From NCBI GenBank assembly GCA_010909165.1, contig VJWM01000281.1, positions 1-64,000 on the forward strand: a stretch of DNA of 64,000 bases. Direction: 5' to 3'. The notes beneath the pieces are model-generated. The model was given only the letters and a program-made list of their open reading frames with translations, had not been told where the DNA came from and did not search any database. Origin of the DNA: Anthoceros angustus. Lineage: Eukaryota > Plantae > Anthocerotophyta. A program made the position numbers and the translations under genes. Numbering within the stretch: position 1 is the first letter of the stretch; the number at the start of each line of letters is the position of its first letter. This document shows, in pieces, positions 39,643 through 50,100 of the stretch.

Positions 39643-41871
39643 GTTTCTCAATGTCTTGTTACGTGAGTTAGGCTCTTTATTTTCTTGGGATCTAAAAAGC
39701 GAAAGGAGACGGTTACTAGGATTCAATACGTATTTGTTCACACGATGGAACATATATAGTCTTTCTTCGGTGAAATTTCTCGGTATTTATTCAAAGATAT
39801 TTACAAGCCAGCTCACAAAAACCCTATTGTGGCTATCATGATGTGCAAGCTTGATCACATGTTGCTCACCCTAATAAACCCCCACGGTCCTAGTTCATGT
39901 AGTTCAAATCCGCCACTTGGCCAACTACTAGTTGAACGCAATTCAACGGCCCGAATTGCCGGCGAGGAGGTCTTTACTATGTAGAAAAGGTTTTTTTTTT
40001 TTTTTTGGTTGGAAGTTTCATGCCAAAGCTGGTTAAAAAGTAACGTTTGGGTCGGACCGTTCGATGATAGTTCATACATGCCACATAAGCAATCATGCTT
40101 TAGTAGAAATTAATCCAAAATAGAATGGGTGTAGTTTCTCTTTGATGTAGACTAAGACTAAGCTTGAACTATCATTGAACTACTAGTTCATGGACCGTCT
40201 TAGTTCTCTTTGCACTTTTGAATAGGTTTTCAAAGTTTTGGTGTTTCATACTCAAGATGGGGTATTGTTATTCTTCTTCTATTTATCTATCTAGGTACAT
40301 GATGGCATCAACAAATCCATCAATTGCAAGAATGTATCCAACGATGGACAATAAACACCAACAATATTTTTGCCAACTTCATTGCTAGTTCTAAATAAAG
40401 CTCCAAAACCTACATTATTTACATCGTCCTCGAAATTAGCATACAATGAGCCTAATTGTGTGTCTTCGTGTATGAGTAGTTGATCTTGGCATGCAAGTCC
40501 TTGCACTACATGTCGGTACTAGGTGCTTCTTTGGCTTCTTGATCCCACTCCTCGTGAGACAGTTTTATGAGCCTCCAATGCGCCATGTGATTATTCTATT
40601 ACTTGGCCAATCACGATGATTACTTTTTGGTCTTTGCCCTTTTCTATTCTTGGAATTTTTGACGATTTGTTGAGTAGCCTACCAACTACGGACCGTGATC
40701 AGGGCGAGCATAGTCTCGATGAGCTAAGCACCTAATCGGTGCAGAGAGCGGCCGCACGAGATGGTGGGCTGCGGGAGGCGGCTTGCGACTAACCATAGTC
40801 GTGCTAGCCTAGGTTAACTCACTAGAGCATAGTTAGCAAACCGTAGTCAAGAACCTCGGGTTACACAAATTGGACATGGACACGGACCAAGCCGCAGGGC
40901 TACAAGTCACGCGCCAAGATCAAGAAGACTCTCTTCTTCATGCCCCTCGCCTCGCTCGCGGTCGAGGCCCTCGCCATGTGCGCTCATATATGGTATCAAA
41001 GCCTATCCATCGATGCATTGCGACCGATGTTTCTTGAAGATCTCAATGCACCGGAGTGGATCAAGAAGAGATATGGGAGCTTGCAACGATCGAGTAGGGC
41101 TTAGGGCGGGGGAGACAAGCCTTGTCATAGCATTAGGGCTTATCCAGCTAGAAAAGGTAGTTAATATAAGCGGCATCCGAGATGGGCACCCAGCACGAGG
41201 GCGCGGCAAGCTGGGAGAGTCTCTTGGATCTTGGAATTTGATAGCCGCGCCTTGTCCGAGCACGTGTTCAAATATTTGACTCACCTTGTTCTTGACTAGA
41301 GTATGCCTAACTCGTTAGTTGATCCTAGGTTAGTCTCTCAAAATAATAGACATCCTATAGCTAGCTAGCTAGCCCTCGTGCTGCGTATGGAGCCGCCACG
41401 GCCCTCGGCGATTAGGCGGCTCGGTGCTATGTCCATCATAGCCTCGCGATCGACTATGTCCTTCACGGTGGAGCTTGCTCAATCCGCCGTGACGATTAAC
41501 AAAAGCTCATACACTCTTAAGTGCACAAGCACGAAGCAATTGTAACTATGGTTGATATAAACATAATTTCTAAGAAGGCACAAGTTGGTCTTGAAGATGG
41601 TGGTCTTGTATTCACGGCACCATTCTTGCGTGCCTTTTGAGACATGTTGTATGATTCCCCAATGTGCCAAGAGATTATTCTTTTACTTGTTCAAACATGA
41701 AGATCACTTTTTGGTCTTTGCCCTCTTCCTCTTCTTGGCATTTTCGGCTGATTTGTGGAGCAACCCACTAATGTTTCATTATAACTTATTTCAAAAACTT
41801 TAATCAAATCCAAAACATATACATATGTCCAAACAGGTTCAAATCAGCGTGAGGAAAATGCAAATGCTAGC

Positions 41872-42147
41872 CTAGTCTAGAAAAATAATGAGTTTTGCTT
41901 TCTCACCGTCTTCTTGGACCGCGTCAACCCAGCTGTAGTAGACATCGATTGGCACGCTTAGGCTATGAATATCAGTCTCAAAATATTTTTCACAGGCGTC
42001 GCACGAGGCCTGACCCCTGTTCGTCTTCTTGTTCAAGGTACAATACACTATTTCAAGATCGCAAAGTGGACATTTGAAAGGTCCTTTAGATAGCTTTGGC
42101 ACGACTTTTGTGATTTTTGGTTTTGCCCAGCTCTTACGCTTGCCCAT
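41872..42147 (-). CDS. ELF1: Transcription elongation factor Elf1/ELOF1-like zinc-ribbon protein, 91 aa, intronless (intact copy 7)
   Basis: MGKRKSWAKPKITKVVPKLSKGPFKCPLCDLEIVYCTLNKKTNRGQASCDACEKYFETDIHSLSVPIDVYYSWVDAVQEDGEKAKLIIFLD. Basic MGKRKS N-terminus, F-x-CxxC-x19-CxxC and the L-S-x-P-I-D-V-Y-x-x-W-x-D signature of Elf1. Confidence 0.92.
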   Translation of the reverse strand: MGKRKSWAKPKITKVVPKLSKGPFKCPLCDLEIVYCTLNKKTNRGQASCDACEKYFETDIHSLSVPIDVYYSWVDAVQEDGEKAKLIIFLD

Positions 42148-42250
42148 GTTTCTCAATGTCTTGTTACTGTGAGTTAGGCTCTTTATTTTCTTGGGATCTA
42201 AAAACGAAGGAGACATTACTGATTCAATACCGTATTTGTTCACGATGGAA

Positions 42251-42259
42251 CATATATAG
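42251..42259 (-). promoter_or_regulatory. Candidate TATA-like element upstream of ELF1 (at the same place in the other units)
   Basis: Minus-strand ctatatatg ~105 nt upstream of the ATG. Confidence 0.3.
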
Positions 42260-44369
42260 TCTTTCTTTCGGTGAAATTTCTCGGTATTTATTCAAAGATA
42301 TTTACAAGCCAGCTCACAAAAACCCTATTGTGGCTATCATGATGTGCAAGCTTGATCACATGTTGCTCACCCTAATAAACCCCCAGTCCTAGTTCATGTA
42401 GTTCAAATCCGCCACTTGGCCAACTACTAGTTGAACGCAATTCAACGGCCTTGAATTGCCTGAGGAGGTCTTTACTATGTAGAAAAGGTTTTTTTTTTTT
42501 TTTGGTTGGAAGTTTCATGCCAAAGTTAAAAGTAACGTTTGGGTCGGACCGTTCGATGATAGTTCATACATGCCACATAAGCAATCATGCTTTAGTAGAG
42601 AAATTAATCCAAAATAGAATGGGTGTAGTTTCTCTTTGATGTAGACTAAGACTAAGCTTGAACTATCATTGAACTACTAGTTTGGCATGGACCTTTTCAT
42701 CAGTTCTCTTTGCACTTTTGAATAGGTTTTCAAAGTTTTGGTGTTTCATACTCAAGATGGGGTATTGTTATTCTTCTTCTATTTATCTATCTAGGTACAT
42801 GATGGCATCAACAAATCCATCAATTGCAAGAATGTATCCAACGATGGACAATAAACACCAACAATATTTTTGCCAACTTCATTGCTAGTTCTAAATAAAG
42901 CTCCAAAACCTACATTATTTACATCGTCGAAATTAGCATACAATGAGCCTAATTGTGTGTCTTCGTATGTGGGGGCGTAGTTGATCTTGGCATGCAAGTC
43001 CTTGCACTACATGTCGTTAGGTGCTTCTTTGGCTTCTTGATCCCACTCCTCGTGAGAGTTTTATGAGCCTCCAATGCGCCATGTGATTATTCTATTACTT
43101 GGCCAATCACGATGATTACTTTTTGGTCTTTGCCCTTTTCTATTCTTGGAATTTTGGTGATTTGTTGAGTAGCCTACCAACTACGGACCGTGATCCAAGG
43201 GCGAGCATAGTCTCGATGAGCTAAGCACCTAATCGTGCGAGCAAGCCGCGAGATGGTGGACTGCGGCAAAGGCGGCTTGCGACTAACCATAGTCGTGCTA
43301 GCCTAGGTTAACTCACTAGAGCATAGTTAGCAAACCGTAGTCAAGAACCTCGGGTTACACAAATTGGACATGGACACGGACCAAGCGCGGGGCTACAAGT
43401 CACACGCCAAGATCAAGAAGACTCTCTTCTTCATGCCCCTCGCCTCGCTCGCGGTCGAGGCCCTCGCCATGTGCGCTCATATATGGTATCAAAGCCTATC
43501 CATCGATCATTGCGACCGATGTTTCTTGAAGATCTCAATGCACCGGAGTGGATCAAAAGAAGGAGATATGGGAGCTTGCAACGATCGAGCGTTAGGGCTT
43601 AGGGCGACGGGCAAGCCTTGTCATAGCATTAGGGCTTATCCACTTCTAGAAAGGTAGTTAATATAAGCGGCATCCTACGAGATGGGCACCCACGAGGCAC
43701 GCAGGGCCGGGGGAGAGTCTCTTGGATCTTGGGAACGGATGAAGTAGCGCCTTGTCCGAGCACGTGTTCAAATATTTGACTCACCTTGTTCTTGACTAGA
43801 GTATGCCTAACTCGTTAGTTGATCCTAGGTTAGTCTCTCAAGCTAACTGTACATCCTATAGCTAGCTAGCTAGCCCTCGTGCTTGCGACTATGTCGGACG
43901 CCGCCACGCCCTCCGGCCGGATTAGCGGCTCTGCTATGTCCATCATAGCCTCGCCATCGACTATGTCCTTCACGGTGGAGCTTGCTCAATCCGCCGTGAT
44001 TAACAAAAGCTCATACACTCTTAAGTGCACAAGCACGAAGCAATTGTAACTATGGTTGATATAAACATAATTTCTAAGAAGGCACAAGTTGGTCTTGAAG
44101 ATGGTGTGTCGTATTCTGCACCATTCTTGCGTGCCTTTTGAGACATGTTGTATGATTCCCCAATGTGCCAAGAGATTATTCTTTTACTTGTTCAAACATG
44201 AAGATCACTTTTTGGTCTTTGCCCTCTTCCTCTTCTTGGCATTTTCGGGTGATTTGTGGAGCAACCCACTAATGTTTCATTATAACTTATTTCAAAAACT
44301 TTAATCAAATCCAAAACATATACATATGTCCAAACAGTTCAAATCGGTGAGGAAAATGCAAATGCTAGC

Positions 44370-44628
44370 CTAGTCTAGAAAAATAATGAGTTTTGCTTTC
44401 TCACCGTCTTCTTGGACCGCCAACCCGTAGTAGACATCGATTGGCACGCTTAGGCTATGAATATCGTCTCAAATATTTTTCACGGCGTGCGCAGGCGACC
44501 CCCTTCGTCTTCTTGTTCAAGGTACAATACACTATTTCAAGATCGCAAAGTGGACATTTGAAAGGTCCTTGATAGCTTTGGCACGACTTTTGTGATTTTG
44601 GTTTTGCCCAGCTCTTACGCTTGCCCAT
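44370..44628 (-). pseudogene. ELF1: Elf1-family copy 8 (indel-disrupted as assembled)
   Basis: ORF 44455-44637 MGKRKSWAKPK...KCPLCDLEIVYCTLNKK. Confidence 0.82.
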
Positions 44629-46873
44629 GTTTCTCAATGTCTTGTTCGTGAGTTAGGCTCTTTATTTTCTTGGGATCTAAAAACGAAAGGAGATTACTAG
44701 GATTCAATACCGTATTTGTTCACGATGGAACATATATAGTCTTTCTTTCGGTGAAATTTCTCGGTATTTATTCAAAGATATTTACAAGCCAGCTCACAAA
44801 AACCCTATTGTGGCTATCATGATGTGCAAGCTTGATCACATGTTGCTCACCCTAATAAACCCCACGGTCCTAGTTCATGTAGTTCAACCGCCACTTGGCC
44901 AACTACTAGTTGAACTGCAATTCACGCTTGAATTGCCCGGCGAGGTCTTTACTATGTAGAAAAGGTTTTTTTTTTTTTTTGGTTGGAAGTTTCATGCCAA
45001 AGTCGGTTAAAAGTAACGCTTTGGGTCGGACCGTTCGATGATAGTTCATACATGCCACATAAGCAATCATGCTTTAGTAGAGAAATTAATCCAAAATAGA
45101 ATGGGTGTAGTTTCTCTTTGATGTAGACTAAGACTAAGCTTGAACTATCATTGAACTACTAGTTTGGCATGGACCTCTCTAAGCGTTCTCTTTGCACTTT
45201 TGAATAGGTTTTCAAAGTTTTGGTGTTTCATACTCAAGATGGGGTATTGTTATTCTTCTTCTATTTATCTATCTAGGTACATGATCGCATCAACAAATCC
45301 ATCAATTGCAAGAATGTATCCAATCGATGGACAATAAACACCAACAATATTTTTGCCAACTTCATTGCTAGTTCTAAATAAAGCTCCAAAACCTACATTA
45401 TTTACATCGTCCTCGAAATTAGCATACAATGAGCCTAATTGTGTGTCTTCGTGATATGGGCGTAGTTGATCTTGGCATGCAAGTCCTTGCACTACATGTC
45501 GGTGCTAGGTGCTTCTTTGGCTTCTTGATCCCACTCGTGAGACAGTTTTATGAGCCTCCAATGCGCCATGTGATTATTCTATTACTTGGCCAATCACGAT
45601 GATTACTTTTTGGTCTTTGCCCTTTTCTATTCTTGGAATTTTTGACGATTTGTTGAGTAGCCTACCAACCACGGACCGTGATCCAAGGGCGAGCATAGTC
45701 TCGATGAGCTAAGCACCTAATCGATGCGAGACAGCACCGCGAGATGGTGGACTGCGGCAAAGGCGGCTTGCGACTAACCATAGTCGTGCTAGCCTAGGTT
45801 AACTCACTAGAGCATAGTTAGCAAACCGTAGTCAAGAACCTCGGGTTACACAAATTGGACATGGACACGGACCAAGCCGCAGGGCTACAAGTCACACGCC
45901 AAGATCAAGAAGACTCTCTTCTTCATGCCCCTCGCCTCGCTCGCGGTCGAGGCCCTCGTCATGTGCGCTCATATATGGTATCAAAGCCTATCCATCGATC
46001 ATTGGCGATGTTTCTTGAAGATCTCAATGCAATCGGAGTGGATCAAAAGAAGGAGATATGGGAGCTTCGATACGATCGGTTGTTAGGGCTTAGGGCGTGA
46101 ACGGAGCAAGCCTTGTCATAGCATTAGGGCTTATCCAAACTAGAAAGGTAGTTAATATAAGCGGCATCCTACGAGATGGGCACCCACAGCACGAGGAGCG
46201 TCAAGGCGAGAGAGTCTCTTGGATCTTGGGAACGGATCAAGTAGCCGCGCCTTGTCCGAAACGTGTTCAAATATTTGACTCACCTTGTTCTTGACTAGAG
46301 TATGCCTAACTCGTTAGTTGATCCTAGGTTAGTCTCTCAAGCTAACTGTACATCCTATAGCTAGCTAGCTAGCCCTCGTGCTTCGCCTATGTCGGACGCC
46401 GCCACGGCCCTCGGCGGGATTAGGCGGCTCGGTGCTATGTCCATCATAGCCTCGCGATCGACTATGTCCTTCACGGGAGCTTGCTCAATCCGCCGTGATG
46501 ATTAACAAAAGCTCATACACTCTTAAGTGCACAAGCACGAAGCAATTGTAACTATGGTTGATATAAACATAATTTCTAAGAAGGCACAAGTTGGTCTTGA
46601 AGATGGTCTGCGTCGTATTCTGGCACCATTCTTGCGTGCCTTTTGAGACATGTTGTATGATTCCCCAATGTGCCAAGAGATTATTCTTTTACTTGTTCAA
46701 ACATGAAGATCACTTTTTGGTCTTTGCCCTCTTCCTCTTCTTGGCATTTTCGGCTGATTTGTGGAGCAACCCACTAATGTTTCATTATAACTTATTTCAA
46801 AAACTTTAATCAAATCCAAAACATATACATATGTCCAAACAGTTCAAATCAGCGTGAAAATGCAAATGCTAGC

Positions 46874-47136
46874 CTAGTCTAGAAAAATAATGAGTTTTGC
46901 TTTCTCACGTCTTCTTGGACCGCGTCAACCCAGTAGTAGACATCGATTGGCACGCTTAGGCTATGAATATCGCCTCAAATATTTTTCACAGGCGTCGCCG
47001 CGAGGCGACTCGCTCGCCTTCTTGTTCAAGGTACAATACACTATTTCAAGATCGCAGTGGACATTTGAAAGGTCCTTCGATAGCTTTGGCACGACTTTTG
47101 TGATTTTGGTTTTGCCCAGCTCTTACGCTTGCCCAT
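46874..47136 (-). pseudogene. ELF1: Elf1-family copy 9 (indel-disrupted as assembled)
   Basis: Homologous to 41872-42147. Confidence 0.8.
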
Positions 47137-50100
47137 GTTTCTCAATGTCTTGTTAATGAGTTAGGCTCTTTATTTTCTTGGGATCTAAAAACGAAAGGAG
47201 GCAGTTACTAGGATTCAATACCGTATTTGTTCACACGATGGAACATATATAGTCTTTCTTTCGTGAAATTTCTCGGTATTTATTCAAAGATATTTACAAG
47301 CCAGCTCACAAAACCCTATTGTGGCTATCATGATGTGCAAGCTTGATCACATGTTGCTCACCCTAATAAACCCCACGGTCCTAGTTCATGTAGTTCAAAT
47401 CCGCCACTTGGCCAACTACTAGTTGAACTGCAATTCAACGGCCGATGCGAGGAGGTCTTTACTATGTAGAAAAGGTTTTTTTTTTTTTTTTGGTTGGAAG
47501 TTTCATGCCAAAGTCTGGTTAAAAGTAACGCTTTGGGTCGGACCGTTCGATGATAGTTCATACATGCCACATAAGCAATCATGCTTTAGTAGAGAAATTA
47601 ATCCAAAATAGAATGGGTGTAGTTTCTCTTTGATGTAGACTAAGACTAAGCTTGAACTATCATTGAACTACTAGTTTGGCATGGACCTCGTCTAATCCGA
47701 TCGTTCTCTTTGCACTTTTGAATAGGTTTTCAAAGTTTTGGTGTTTCATACTCAAGATGGGGTATTGTTATTCTTCTTCTATTTATCTATCTAGGTACAT
47801 GATCGGCATCAACAAATCCATCAATTGCAAGAATGTATCCAACGATGGACAATAAACACCAACAATATTTTTGCCAACTTCATTGCTAGTTCTAAATAAA
47901 GCTCCAAAACCTACATTATTTACATCGTCCTCGAAATTAGCATACAATGAGCCTAATTGTGTGTCTTCAGATATGTGGGCGTAGTTTGATCTTGGCATGC
48001 AAGTCCTTGCACTACATGTCGGTACTAGGTGCTTCTTTGGCTTCTTGATCCCACTCCTCGTGAGACAGTTTTATGAGCCTCCAATGCGCCATGTGATTAT
48101 TCTATTACTTGGCCAATCACGATGATTACTTTTGGTCTTTGCCCTTTTCTATTCTTGGAATTTTTGATGATGTTGAGTAGCCTACCAACTACGGACCGTG
48201 ATCCAAGGACGAGCATAGTCTCGATGAGCTAAGCACCTAATCGGTGCAGACGAGCAGCGCCGAGATGGTGGATCGGCAAGGAGGCGGCTTTGCGACTAAC
48301 CATAGTCGTGCTAGCCTAGGTTAACTCACTAGAGCATAGTTAGCAAACCGTAGTCAAGAACCTCGGGTTACACAAATTGGACATGGACACGGACCAAGCG
48401 CGGGGCTACAAGTCACACGCGCCAAGATCAAGAAGACTCTCTTCTTCATGCCCCTCGCCTCGCCGAGGCCCTCGTCATGCGCTCATATATGGTATCAAAG
48501 CCTATCCATCGATCGCTATGATGTTTCTTGAAGATCTCAATGCACCGGAGTGGATCAAAAGAAGGAGATATGGGAGCTTGCGATACGATCGGCATTAGGG
48601 CTTAGGGGCGGGGAGCAAGCCTTGTCATAGCATTAGGGCTTATCCACTCTAGAAAGGTAGTTAATATAAGCGGCATCCTACGAGATGGGCACCCACAGCA
48701 CGAGGAGCGCGGCAAGGAACGAGAGTCTCTTGGATCTTGGGAACGGATCAAGTAGCCCACGGCGATTGATCTTAGTGAAGGACATAGTCATTGCCGTCTA
48801 TGGTAGACCTAGGTTGATCTGGCCAGTGGCGGCATACACAATGGCAGTAACACGAGGGCAGCTAGCTCATGGGTTAGTTAGGCTTGGCCTAGGGGCAACT
48901 AACCATAGTTAGCAAACTCTAGTGCACAACATTTGAACACGTGTCTCAACAGGGCGGGCTACTTGGTCCAGATCCAAGGGAATTCAGCTTTCCTTTAGTG
49001 TCCGAGTGATCTGTAATCTGGTATGCCGTATAGCACGACGATCTTGGATGAGTGGGATGACTCCTACCTTGGAGTGGATTAGGAGGCTTTATGGGAGCTT
49101 GAGCGGACCATCGAGGAAATGGCCGAGCGAGCTTTTTCCTTTGGTCTTGGGAGATTTCATCTTGTATTGGCTCTACTTGGCAGAACACATGAAAATTTTG
49201 AAGGTGCAAGAGTTTGTGAGGCGAATGTGAAAAAAGTGGACTTTGAAGAGCAGATAGAGCAAGATGCAAGAAGGGATGAATAGTCGAATCGGGAGAAAGA
49301 GGAACGTCGAGATGAAGAATGAGGAACTCAGAAGGAGAAGTGAAAATAGGAGATCCTTGTTCCCTTGACAGCTGCGCCAGTTCAACATTCGTGTTCGCAC
49401 TAAATATAGGCCGCTCAATGGCCTGTAAGTGTGGAGCACCCATGCGATCAGTCAGTTGGCATTTTGTGTCGTGTCGAGGGCACAAGGCGGTGACAAGACT
49501 CCTAGGGAGTCGAGGCATGCAAGGGCGTCTTGTTCTTTGTCTCTTGCAGCGAAAAAAAGCAAGAGGCCCATGGGTCCCAGTTGAGGTCTTAACGCCAAAC
49601 CTAGAGCATGTCACATGAGGCGTGTTGCAAGAATTGCTAGCTCGGTCTTATGCGAGAAAAAGTAGACACCTCGATCTTGAACATTAGGTCCAGACGAGAG
49701 TAGGAAATATATGTGGCATTCAAGCAAGTTCGATATGTGTTGTGGTTCTTTACTTGAGCAATTCAAATACACACCGCCCACGGTCCATCTTGTGGCAAGC
49801 AGAAAGAGGGTTTCTTTTGCTCATGATCAAGAAGACTCTCTTCTTCATGCCCTCGCCTCGCCGAGGCCCTCCATGCGCTCATATATGGTATCAAAGCCTA
49901 TCCATCGATGCTATGCACCGATGTTTCTTGAAGATCTCAATGCACCGGAGTGGATCAAAAGAAGGAGATATGGGAGCTTGCGAACGATCGAGCGTTAGGG
50001 CTTAGGGAACAGAGCAAGCCTTGTCATAGCATTAGGGCTTATCCACTTCTAGAAAGGTAGTTAATATAAGCGGCATCCTACGAGATGGGCACCCAGGCAC

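Larger units (their letters stand above)
33679..48757. repeat. Macrosatellite tract 3: six uninterrupted head-to-tail ~2.5-kb units
   Basis: ELF1 stops at 34366, 36883, 39381, 41872, 44370, 46874 (periods 2491-2517). Confidence 0.97.

Noticed and set aside
42148-42243. N-terminal extension of ELF1 given by the ORF track (123 aa)
   Set aside because: It starts at a GTG; Elf1 proteins begin at MG(K/R)RK, matching the ATG at 42147.
33679-48757. Array as a tandem TRIM/LTR element (LTR-cargo-LTR-cargo) carrying ELF1
   Set aside because: The minus-strand LTR has a TSD and no PBS or PPT, so it is a solo LTR. The plus-strand LTR relic has a PBS but no polypurine tract before it.
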